Positions 26,156 through 36,910 of a DNA stretch of 64,000 nt are shown piece by piece. Made by a program: the position numbers and the translations under genes. This stretch comes from Scyliorhinus canicula. Taxonomy: Eukaryota. Positions within the stretch are counted from its first letter, which is position 1. Every line of letters begins with the position of its first letter. The notes under the pieces were generated by a model. The model had not been told where the DNA came from and made no database searches. It worked only from the letters and a program-made list of their open reading frames with translations. The stretch spans positions 20,131,888 through 20,195,887 of the forward strand of contig NC_052148.1 in the NCBI RefSeq assembly GCF_902713615.1, in the 5' to 3' direction.

Positions 26156-28411
26156 TTGTCAGACTACACCCTTCAACCAGACAAAATCGAAGTCCTCAGC
26201 AGAGGGCTCAATTTCTGCACCACCACCAAAATGGACCCCATCAGTCTCGCGGCAGATATGGAGGAATTCATCAGGCGAATGAGGCTCCGGGAATTCTTCC
26301 ACAGACCCCAAGAGGCCGACAGCGAACCCAGGGACACGACCAATGAACCGGAACAGCAGACCGCGAGATCTGCAGTGCAGCAACCGAAAAGGAAAGAGTC
26401 AAATTGGACCCCTCCGGAAGGCCGCTGCCCTAGACTCGACATGTATGCTCAAGCCGTCAGAAGTCGTGTCAATGCCAGATTCATCACTCGCAATCACAAG
26501 GCAGCCTCAAACGTCACCCAAGCACAACGCAACGCCATCCGCACTCTCAAGACCAACCGCAACATCGTCATCAAACCAGCAGACAAAGGAGGGGCCACCG
26601 TCATACTGAACAGAACAGACTACTGCAAAGAAGTATACCGACAACTCGACAACCAGGAACACTACAGGCAGTTACCCGCAGATCCAACCAAGGAACACAT
26701 CCGCCAACTCAGCAGACTGATCAAGACCTTAGATCCAGACCTTCAGAACACCCTACGTGCTCTCATCCCACGTAATCCCCGCATTGGAGATCTCTACTGC
26801 CTCCCGAAAATACACAAGGCCAACACACCAGGCCGTCCTATCGTTTCAGGCAATGGGACCCTGTGTGAGAACCTCTCTGGCCACATCGAGGGCATCTTGA
26901 AACCCATCGTACAAGGTACACCCAGCTTCTGTCGCGACACGACGGACTTCCTACAGAAACTCAGCACCCATGGACCAGTTGAACCAGGAACATTCCTCGT
27001 CACAATGGATGTCTCGGCACTCTACACCAGCATCCCCCATGACGACGGCATTGCTGCAACAGCCTCAGTCCTCAACACCGACAACTGCCAATCTCCAGAC
27101 GCAATTCTGCAACTCATCCGTTTTATTCTAGACCACAACGTCTTCACCTTCGACAACAAATTCTTCATCCAGACGCACGGAACAGCCATGGGGACCAAAT
27201 TTGCACCTCAATATGCCAACATCTTCATGCACAAGTTTGAACAGGACTTCCTCACCACACAGGACTTTCAACCGATGCTATACACCAGATACATCGATGA
27301 CATTTTTTTCCTTTGGACCCACGGCGAGACATCACTGAAACGACTACACGATGACATCAATAAGTTCCATCCCACCATCAAACTCACCATGGACTATTCT
27401 CCAAATTCAGTTCCATTCTTGGACACACTCGTCTCCATCAAGGACGGTCACCTCAGCACCTCGCTTTACCGCAAGCCCACAGATAATCTCACGATGCTCC
27501 ACTTCTCCAGCTTTCACCCGAAACACATTAAAGAAGCCATCCCCTATGGACAAGCCCTCCGTATACACAGGATCTGCTCAGACAAGGAGGAGCGCAACAG
27601 ACACCTACAGATGCTGAAAGATGCCCTCGTACGAACGGGATATGGCGCTCGACTCATTGATCGACAGTTCCACCGCGCCACAGCAAAAAACCGCACCGAC
27701 CTCCTCAGAAGACAAACACGGGACACCACTGACAGAGTACCCTTCGTCGTCCAGTACTTTCCTGGGGCGGAGAAACTACGACATCTTCTTCGCAGCCTCC
27801 AACACATCATCAGCGAGGATGGACATCTTGCCAAGGTCATCCCCACACCCCCACTACTGGCCTTCAAACAACCGCGCAACCTCAAACAAACCATTGTTTG
27901 CAGCAAATTACCCAGCCTTCAGAACAGCAACCACAACACCACAAAACCCTGCCAGGGTAATCTCTGCAAGACATGCCAGATCATCGACATGGACACCACC
28001 ATTACACGTGGAAACACCACCCACCAGGTATGCGGCGCATACTCGTGCGACTCGACCAATGTAGTCTACCTCATACGCTGCAGGAAAGGATGTCCCGAAG
28101 CGTGGTACATTGGCGAGACCATGCAGACACTGCGACAACGAATAAACGGGCATCGTGCGACTATCAACAGGCAGGACTGTTCCCTTCCAGTTGGGGAACA
28201 CTTCAGCAGTCAAGGACATTCAGCCTCTGATCTCCGGGTCAGCATTCTACAAGGAGGCCTTCAGGAGACGCGACAACGCAAAATTGCTGAGCAAAAACTT
28301 ATAGCTAAGTTCCGCACGCATGAATGCGGGCTCAACCGGGATCTGGGATTCATGTCGCATTACATTCGGCCCCCACCAACAAGCCTGGACTTGCAGAGGC
28401 CTACCGACTGA
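26156..28411 (+). CDS. Penelope-like RT + GIY-YIG endonuclease ORF, right arm (5'-truncated; track start is TTG)
   Basis: Same motifs as the left arm. Seven amino-acid differences seen between the two arms. Confidence 0.93.
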   Translation: MSDYTLQPDKIEVLSRGLNFCTTTKMDPISLAADMEEFIRRMRLREFFHRPQEADSEPRDTTNEPEQQTARSAVQQPKRKESNWTPPEGRCPRLDMYAQAVRSRVNARFITRNHKAASNVTQAQRNAIRTLKTNRNIVIKPADKGGATVILNRTDYCKEVYRQLDNQEHYRQLPADPTKEHIRQLSRLIKTLDPDLQNTLRALIPRNPRIGDLYCLPKIHKANTPGRPIVSGNGTLCENLSGHIEGILKPIVQGTPSFCRDTTDFLQKLSTHGPVEPGTFLVTMDVSALYTSIPHDDGIAATASVLNTDNCQSPDAILQLIRFILDHNVFTFDNKFFIQTHGTAMGTKFAPQYANIFMHKFEQDFLTTQDFQPMLYTRYIDDIFFLWTHGETSLKRLHDDINKFHPTIKLTMDYSPNSVPFLDTLVSIKDGHLSTSLYRKPTDNLTMLHFSSFHPKHIKEAIPYGQALRIHRICSDKEERNRHLQMLKDALVRTGYGARLIDRQFHRATAKNRTDLLRRQTRDTTDRVPFVVQYFPGAEKLRHLLRSLQHIISEDGHLAKVIPTPPLLAFKQPRNLKQTIVCSKLPSLQNSNHNTTKPCQGNLCKTCQIIDMDTTITRGNTTHQVCGAYSCDSTNVVYLIRCRKGCPEAWYIGETMQTLRQRINGHRATINRQDCSLPVGEHFSSQGHSASDLRVSILQGGLQETRQRKIAEQKLIAKFRTHECGLNRDLGFMSHYIRPPPTSLDLQRPTD

Positions 28412-28556
28412 ACTGGCTTGGGACAATTCACACCTCTTTAACCTGGAGTTACCTCTCTCTCTGCATCTTTGATGATTTGATTGCCTGCAGGTGCTCGCAT
28501 TCCGGGGCATCTCTGACTGTGTCTATATAAACATTTCTGGAACAAGCCTTTCCATT

Positions 28557-28591
28557 CACCTGAAGAAGGAGCCGTGCTCCGAAAGCTCGTG
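28557..28591 (+). ncRNA. Minimal type I hammerhead ribozyme in the Penelope 3' region (right arm)
   Basis: cac-CTGAAGA-a-GGAGC cgt GCTCC-GAA-AGCT-C-gtg: CUGANGA and GAAA core, 5-bp stem II, palindromic AGCT stem III, cac/gtg stem I. Confidence 0.8.
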
Positions 28592-28692
28592 TTTGAAACA
28601 AACCTGTTGGACTTTAACCTGGTGTTGTAAGACTTCTTACTGAACCTTAATATAGGGGCTAGAAGTCATACTTCAACAATACAATGCATGTC

Positions 28693-29108
28693 TTACGAAG
28701 AAAAGTTAAGGGAGCTAGGGCTTTTCTCACTGGAGCGAAGAAGGCAGAGAGGTGACTTGATAGATGTGTACAAGGTGATGAGAGGCATGGATAGAGTGGA
28801 TAGCCAGAGACTTTTCCCCAGGGTGGAAATGGCTGTCACGAGGGGTATAATTTTAAGGTGATTGGAGGAAGGTATAGGGGAGATGTCAGAGGTAGGTTCT
28901 TTATAGAGAGTGGTGGGTGCGTGGAATGCACTGCCAGCAGAGGTGGTGGAGTCAGAGTCATTAGGGACATTTAAGCGACTCTCTGACAAGCACATGGCCA
29001 GCAGTAAATTGTGGGTTCGGTTGATCTGAGATTAGGATAAATGGTCGGCACAACATCGTGGGCTGAAAGGCCTGTACCATGCTGTACTGTTCTACGTTCT
29101 ATGTTCTA
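28693..29108 (+). mobile_element. CR1 3' fragment
   Basis: YEEKLRELGLFSLERRRQRGDLIDVYK peptide and a TTCTATG tail. Confidence 0.85.
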
Positions 29109-29254
29109 ATACAAGGTCCTGGTTAGACTAGAGCTGAAGCATTGTGAGCAATTCTGGAAAGCACACATGATGAAGGATCTACTGGCCCAAGAGAAGGTGC
29201 ACGAGAAATTTTCCAGAATGATACCTGAAATCCAAGGGTTAAATTGCCTGGAGA

Positions 29255-29477
29255 GGGCAGCATGGTGGTGCAGTGGGTTAGCCCTGTTACCTCACGGCGC
29301 CGAGGTCCCAGGTTCGATCCCGTCTCTGGGTCACTGTCCGTGTGGAGTTTGCACATCCTCCCCGTGTTTGTGTGGGCTTCGCCCCCACAACCCAAAGATG
29401 TGCAGGGTAGATGGATTGGCCACGCTAAATTGCCCCTTAATCGAAAAAAATGAATGGGTATTCTAAATTTTTTTTAA
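29255..29477 (+). mobile_element. Short A/T-tailed SINE with long TSD
   Basis: TSD AAATTGCC(T/C)GGAGA at 29241-29254 and 29478-29491. Shortened V-domain. Same tail as 17225-17317. Confidence 0.85.
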
Positions 29478-32400
29478 AAATTGCCCGGAGAGATTGCAAT
29501 AGCTAAGGTTCTACTTTCTGGAATTTGGAACGTTAAGGGGTGGTTTGGAGGTCTTGTTGTGAAGTGGGTAGCGTCTCTGCCTCTCAACCAGAAGCTCTGG
29601 ATTTGAGTCCCACTCCAGAACATGATGACCAAGGAAGGTGGGTTCATAATGTGGCCAAACAGATTGAGTGTCAACCTGCAAAATCTTTCCAACGCACGCC
29701 GATGGCTGGCGGTAAGAGTGGGAGAGACTCCATGTCAGCCATGTGATGAAACGAAAGTTGGGTGCACTACCATCAGTATCCATAGCTCCGGACGACTACA
29801 AGTATGTTGCCGCAGCAATGTGGACCCCCCCGAGTGATCTGTGACACACCACAAGAGATAATTTGACGATTTCAAGCTATTCAATGGAACAAACTTTGAG
29901 GAGGAGAAACTATTCCCAGTGGTTGAGGAGTCTAGGACTAGGTAGTCTAAAAATTAGAACCACATTTTCAAGAGTAAGGTTGGGGTCTTAGAATCTGTTC
30001 TCACTGGAACGACGGAGGTTGAGCGGCGGCCTGATAGAGGTCTGCAAGATTATCAGTGGCCTGGACAGAGTGGATTGTCAGGTGCTCTTTCCTAGGGTAG
30101 GAGAGTAAAGTACTAGGGGACATATGTTTAAATGCATGGGGAAAAGTTTAGAACCGATTTCGATGCACGTTTTTTACACAGAGGGTGGTAAATATATGGA
30201 ACGCGCTGCCTGGGGAGGTGGTGAGAGCCAGTACGATAGTGGCATTTAAGGGGCATCTAGACAAACATATGAATAGGGTGGGAATGGAAGGATACGGACT
30301 CTGTAAGTGCAGACGGTTTTTGTTTGGGCAGGTACCATGGTCAGTGCAGGTTTGGAGTGCCGAAGGGTCAGTTCCTGTGCTGTATTGTTCTTTGTTCTTT
30401 ATTCTTTGCTTGTAATTCAGTCCTGGGTTACTGGTGCTAGAGGACAAGAGGTTGGCCAGCAGGTATCTGAGGCAGGACTTCCACCTGAATGGGGGAATGG
30501 AAGGCCCCTCTCCAGCCAACTGACGCTCCTCGGAACGGCAAATGGCTGCGGGGAAGCTGTGATCGACGGGGATGCGTTTCCCATTCTTCCAGTATCAGGT
30601 GGGGAAACATTCCCCCTCAGATAAATCCTGCCCTAATATCATGCCTCAAATTATTCACATACTGTCGCCTAAGATGTGATTTTCTGAAAGAAATCTAATT
30701 TGCATCTAAATGAATTAGCAATGACTGTTCAAGCCATCTCCCAGGGAAAACCACTCCAGAGACTGCTTTATTCGCTGATATATTCGACAGATGAGTTCTT
30801 CAATTTACACCAAGCACAGGTCATGTCCTCTGGTTCTACTGCTCTGGCTAAGGTGAAATATCTTCTTATTGCTGGACATCATCTCATTCCTTTAGACTCT
30901 GAGAAACTTCACTTACCCGGTGAAAACCTATTTCCATAATCGTTTTTCATAATCCGAACCCTTCACACCTAAATCAATCTAGTTGCATTCCCATAGATTC
31001 TTCCGATGGCTCTAAATCCTTTTTGTCCTGAGGTTGACCAGAACTGTATACAATATTCTCAGTGCCATCACGCCAATGATTTATACAGCAGCAGGATTAC
31101 CTCACTATTTTGTCTGAATATTGAAATTTTAATACATCCCAACATTTGATTTGCTTTCCTCGTTGCTGCTGAGCATTGTTGCAATTGCTTCAATTTATTG
31201 TCAGCCAGGACCCACAGGTCTCTATAATTTTCCATGCACAAAATTCTGCAGTTCCCAATGGAGCCTTTGTCACTGGCAGACAAAGGTGATGTGTTCCTTC
31301 AAGATTTACACCATTGGTGTTCTCGTTTGATCTCTCTCCCTCCCCCTGTACAACTAATCCCTTGCAGACACAGCTCCTGGAATTCCTGGGGTTGGAGAAG
31401 GGCAGAGAACAAGAATTCGACCTGAGGGGAGCGGGAATATGGGACAGCTCTTCAAGCCCTTGAGATTAGTCCATCATTCAGTTAGATCATGGCTGGAATT
31501 TTACGCTCCCCCACTGGTGGGAATTTTAGGCCAGGGTGGTGGCGGGGAATGAAGGAACGGAGTTGTCTCCGTGTTCCTGACCACACAGCAATTTTATGCT
31601 ATCGAGGGCAAGGCCTCGGACGGGAAACCCACCCTAACCTCAATAGAGGCCCTTAAGTGGCCAATTATTCACCACATAAGGGCTATTTCCTGCCCAATCA
31701 CAGGCAGGCGAATATACCGGGCCCTAGGACCCCTGAAACATACCTTGTCCTCCCGTTCCCGGAATTAGGCTCAGGTCTGTTGGTGCATTGCCTCTTCAGT
31801 CCACTGTAGCTCCTGTCATTGCAGGGACTGGAGATCTGCCAACTAAGTAGATTGGCCATGAGCACATTGAGACGGGCCTTCATCTAGAGTGATGCCGACA
31901 GTCATCGGATGTACTCCCCACCTACACTTCGAATGGCGGGAGGGGAGATCCCACCAATAGAAAAATTCAGATCTATGTCTGCTCCACATCTCGTCACATG
32001 TATCTCCATCTACTCGCCTTGGCTCACAATCCTTGCTACCCCTGCCTAACAAAAGCCTGAACTTTCGTTCGCTAGTTCGGGAGAAAGAGCTCCAGATGTT
32101 CTCATTTACATTCCAGTGAGGTGGGGGGTGGGGAGATCCATTGCACCCTGGAACAGAACTCGGGCAAAGCCACATGGGCCATGGGACTGCTCTGGGACTT
32201 CATTGCAGCTGTTTCAAAAATAATAAAACTAAAAAATAGCCCTCATTCCCCACAGCCCCTTACCTCCTACACAATCCCCATGCGTCATTCATGCCAATCC
32301 ATGCCACTTCATACTTCCAAACCCTCCATGATCTCTCATACCGACCATATCAACCTATGTCCCATCTATCCAACCCCCTTGGCCCTTTTTAGCTCCTTTC

Positions 32401-32641
32401 AATTTAGTGTCAACTCATGCCAACCCTTCTGCACCCTACAAACCCACTAAACCAGTATCTGCCATGAAATGAAAATGAAAATAGCTTGTTAGCTTGTTGT
32501 CACAAGTATGCTGCTGGCCTGCCTCGGTCTGCTTTAAAAGCCAGCGATTTAGCCCAGTGTGCTAAACCAGCCCTAGTATTCATGCTGAGATAAATTAAAA
32601 TAAATTTCTTAAGTGTCTATTGATGAATAATATTATTATTA

Positions 32642-32966
32642 CATAGAACATAGAACATATAGCGCAGAAGGAGGACATTCGGCCCATCGAGTCAGCACTG
32701 ACCCACTTTAAGCCCTCACCCACCCCATCCCCATAACCCAATAACCCCTCCGAACCTTTTTGGACACTAAGGGCAATTTAGCATGGCCAATCCACCTAAC
32801 CTGCACGTCTTTGGACTGTGGGAGAAAACCGGTGCACCCGGAGGAAACCCATGCGGACACGAGTGAACGTGCAGATTCCGCACAGAGTGTCCCAGCGGGA
32901 AATCCAACCTGGGACCCTAGCGCTGTGAAGCCACAGTGCTAACCACTCATGCTACCGTGCTGCCCT
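32642..32966 (-). mobile_element. HE1/V-SINE
   Basis: Reverse complement of the SINE consensus seen elsewhere in the window. Confidence 0.85.
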
Positions 32967-33980
32967 ATTATTATTTACCATATTAAAAATAACACACTCT
33001 CATTCATGAGGACCCATTTAATACATTTACATCCTTTAAATGCCTTTACCCTTAAAAAAACAAGTATTTGTATTCATAGCCCACGTCAAAAACATTAATG
33101 ACTTGGAACTGCCAATCAAACTGTGAACTGTTAGGCACCCACTGTAATAATACTAGGCTAATGATTACCCTCAGGCTTGCATCAACAGAAAGAGTGAAAT
33201 AGCAATCACTGATTATTTTTTAAATTGCGGATTGATATTTGCAAAAGAAAATGAAGAAAGGATATTTAAATGCCTTGACAGCTCCAGTGAGCTTGACAGA
33301 TCCAGTGAGTGAATCTAATTTTTTAATTCACATTTATATTTACATTAAACAATGTCAATGGGCACTTGACCTTTGCCAAAGGGCATTTTACCTCTCCCAG
33401 CGGCACCGTAAATTCTCCCAAAGATGTCCCTGGAGCTAGACAAAGGAGTAGCTTACCTCTCCAAAAGGGACTGCCTATACAAATAACTCAGATAGCTTTA
33501 AACGTTCCTTGAAATGTGTAAAGCCCATAGTGAAAATTGAATCTGTTTGGAGTCAGCTGCACTTTAACACAGGCAGCTGCCTCGATGAACCATTCGCTAA
33601 ATATCTTTTCAAGGAGACAGTGGCCTTTGCAGTTGAACTCAACTGATAAATAGAGAAAAACAATGCAAATGTAAGAATGTAAAATTAAATTTGATAGCAT
33701 TTGCAGACAAGCTAATTTAGGTGAGAGAGTCAGGAATAAAAGGATGGAATATTAACACTGGATTAGACCAACGTGACCAAATGGCCTGTTCCTGAGCTGT
33801 ACAATCTATCTTAGTCTCACGAAAGACAGGAAATGAGAGTACATATCAGGGTCTCTCTGCACCAGCAAGTTAACTGTTCAAGTCTTGATTCCTGACAATT
33901 GGAGCTGAGAATTTTGCCCCCTCGTTCCTAGGCCGACCAGCAATAGGGAGGAATGGGCTCAGAACTCTGAATTAACTTAC

Positions 33981-34105
33981 CGGGATGACATCTCCTCTTT
34001 CGTCGCAGACACACATCAGAACCTCAACGTTCTTCTGAGTGGTCTTATTCTGTTTGTCAAACTCTCCTTGGACCAGAGTGACGTAAATATCGTTCCGGAC
34101 ATCGC
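33981..34105 (-). CDS. DOCK2: DOCK-A exon (approx. exon 14), start of DHR-1/C2: (G)[41 protein letters not shown]
   Basis: 125 bp, tccag acceptor, gtaagt donor. GDVRNDIY motif is diagnostic of DOCK DHR-1. Confidence 0.95.
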
Positions 34106-36544
34106 CTGGAGTTTGGGGGAAAAAACAGCAATATTTTTCCACTGAATCTTTGTGATTCCTCTGTCAATCAGAGGGGGAGCTGCAAAGTCAGAAATATCAT
34201 TGTTTCAAGGAGTTATCAAACCGATATTGCGATCTGTTTATTGAAGTGGATACCAAGGGCGGGATTTTTCAGACCACCCCGCTATCTAACGGGACTCTGC
34301 CGTTTATTTTGGCCTCTGAAGGGAACACCCTCCCCCCACCCCCCAACCCCCCTTCCCCAGGCCTCCCTTACCACATTCCCTGCACTGATGACCTCAGCCA
34401 ATTTTTAATTCCGCCCCGATCCATTGACTCCCCCCTCGGCATCCCCACCACAGCCTCCGGACCACCCCCCACTGCTGCAGCTTAACTGCTAGGGGGTACT
34501 CAAGCCCCCCCCCCCCCCCACCTCACACCTTAAGGGCAGGACACCCCCCCTCCCTGGCCCTGATCCCTGGCATGGACAACCTAGCACATGGGCACCTTAG
34601 CAAAGCCATCCTGGAATCCTGGCACGGCCCTTGGCAGTCTGGCAATGCCACCTGGGCACCCTGGCAGCATCAGGGTGGCACCGTCAGGGTGACCAGGTTG
34701 CAGTTCCAAAGTGCCAGGCTGGCAGTGCCAAGGTGCCAGGGGCAGTGCCCAGATCCTGAACACCCTGAGGCCTCCAATGGCCTGGGAGACTCCCACCCCC
34801 ACCCCCCATTTATCCGTAACGTAATCTCTAATTCCTCACCCAAATAATTGTGAAGTTTCTTTTTGTATATTTGCACTCTTCCACTTCAAGTGGAAGCCAG
34901 GATTCACAATCCTTGCATGGCTGCAACACCTTGATATCAGTTGATAGGCCAATTAGTCTGCTGGAAACCTCATCTCGACTGTTTAACTAGCTTCTGCTGC
35001 CTCTGGAAACCTGGAGGCCAACTAATAGGCCCAGTCAGCCTCCCTAATTGACCTGAAGTGTCCATTAACTAACTATCCAGGTTAGCTACCTGCCTTGCGT
35101 TGGTGGGCCTTGTCGCGTCCCATCACCCGGCCTAAAATATGGTCTGGGAGGGAGAAGGGCACCCGGCACACAGGCCAGCAGTTCTACCTTTAGTAGCTAC
35201 CCAGACCCAATCCTGGCCCAGTGGGCCTAAATATCAAGCCCTAGTCTCTATTCTCTTGGAATGCCTGCAAAACTCCACCCACAGAGCAGAGATGACATTT
35301 TGAACAAAGACTTAGCCACCCAAATGGTTACTCTTTATTTTTAAGCTTTGACAATGAGAGGTGGTGGTGTGCTGGAGTTCATTCAGGGAGTCCGGGTTGC
35401 TGTGACAACATGATCATTTATATGCATGTTGTCGTCTGTCGTTAGTACTATCCCAGACTGCTCAGTTAGGTCAACAAAGGGCAAATGGCCAAAGGTGCTG
35501 GGGACACTTTCCTCCAACTCTGCTACATGATATTCCTATGCTACACCATTAGCGGAGGCTACATTCTGCAATACAAAGGAAACCTAATTAATAAAATCAA
35601 TAACATTTCAAAAACTTAAAACAGTTTATAATAATATGGCAAATTGTGTCCTAACTTATATAGCAACTTCTCAAATCCAATTGCTCAAAGTGCTTAACAC
35701 CCAAAGAAATTTACTTTAAAGGCTTCGGGCACGCTTTAACTAAATGGGAACAAAGTCGTACAGCAAGTGCGTTTAGTTGGGGGTTTCCCGGCTCTCGCAC
35801 CACTGAGAAACACAAGGCTATAAAACGCAACTCGAGTTTGATAAGGGACGTCAATGAGGCCCCATTCTGTACACTGAGGAGCTCTACTCGCCGGAACTCC
35901 CGATCTCTAAGGCCCTTGAAGTGCAACCCCCCGCCAGCCCCAACAATGTGGGGGGGGGGGTTGACAGCCCTCCATGCAGGCCAGCCACAGCCCCATTGCA
36001 TCCGCACAAAACATGCCAGCTTTGCACCCTGGCAGTGCCAAGCTGTCACCTTGGCAGTGCCAACATGACACCCAAGCATTGCCCCTGCTGATGCCACCTC
36101 AGCACCTTGGCAATGCCAAGCTGGAATGCCAGGATGCCCAGGTGGCACTAGCAGTGTCAGAGTGCCACCATGCCCAAAGGACATGCATCTGGGGGGCCTC
36201 CGATCTCCCAGGCTACCCCCACGAGTGCCATTCCATCTGGTGTCCGCTTGTGGAGACCAGTATTGAACGGCATTGGCTGAGGTCTCTGAGGCAAAGGGAT
36301 TGATGCCAATGCCTCGGGTAGCTCAGGAATTTGCACATTAAAGTGAGACTAGTTGCCTTGCTTCAATGTGCAAATTTTCTAAAAAATGATCCCTCCCACA
36401 ATTCCCTTTGCGACGTCTCGCAAGGCACTGCGAGCTGGGTAGATCCCGGGAGCGGAGTCTCCGGCTTTTGTCGGCCATGTTGAGCCGTGGTGAGCTGCTT
36501 TTCGGGTGCAGCGTGGCCATCAAATCGTGCCCATCAACTATGGC

Positions 36545-36910
36545 TCAGTAATACCAATTGCGAAACCTAAGCACATAACGCAAGCTGACACTCCCAGTGC
36601 AGCATGGAGGGAGCGCTGCATTGTTGGAGGTTCGTCTTTTAGATAAACTAAGGCCATGTTTAATTTCCAGTGTAGGTAACAGACTGTGGCACTATATCAA
36701 AGACGGCCAGGGGAGTTCTCCTTGGTGCCCTGGCTAATCCCTCAACTGACCTCACCAGAACCAGATAATCTGGCTGTTATTACATTCCTTCATGTGGGAC
36801 ATTGCTGTGTCTAAATTGGCTCTTGAGTTTCCAACATTACAGTCGCGATCAGCAGTATTTCATTGGCTGTAAAGTGCTTTAGGGCGTCCTCGATTGTGAA
36901 AGATGCCACA
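36545..36910 (+). mobile_element. Old Deu-domain-like SINE relic
   Basis: GCTGACACTCCCAGTGCAG..GAGGGAGCGCTGCATTGTTGGAGG core. Related relics at ~9460-9725(-), ~46370-46460 and ~56810-56970. Family name from recall only. Confidence 0.5.

Larger units (their letters stand above)
23623..28642. mobile_element. Palindromic head-to-head double Penelope-like element (Neptune-type), inserted as one unit
   Basis: 23660-26147 is the reverse complement of 26155-28642 with no net indel and a 7-nt spacer. Direct repeat AACCTTAATATA at 23611-23622 and 28643-28654. The interrupted CR1 relic resumes across the insertion. Confidence 0.95.

Noticed and set aside
23623-28642. Palindrome as a long-read fold-back or assembly artefact
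   Set aside because: Unlikely: the arms differ by CpG-biased substitutions, the ends are asymmetric, a 12-bp TSD flanks the unit, unique sequence continues on both sides, and a miniature analogue exists. Read-level confirmation is still advisable.
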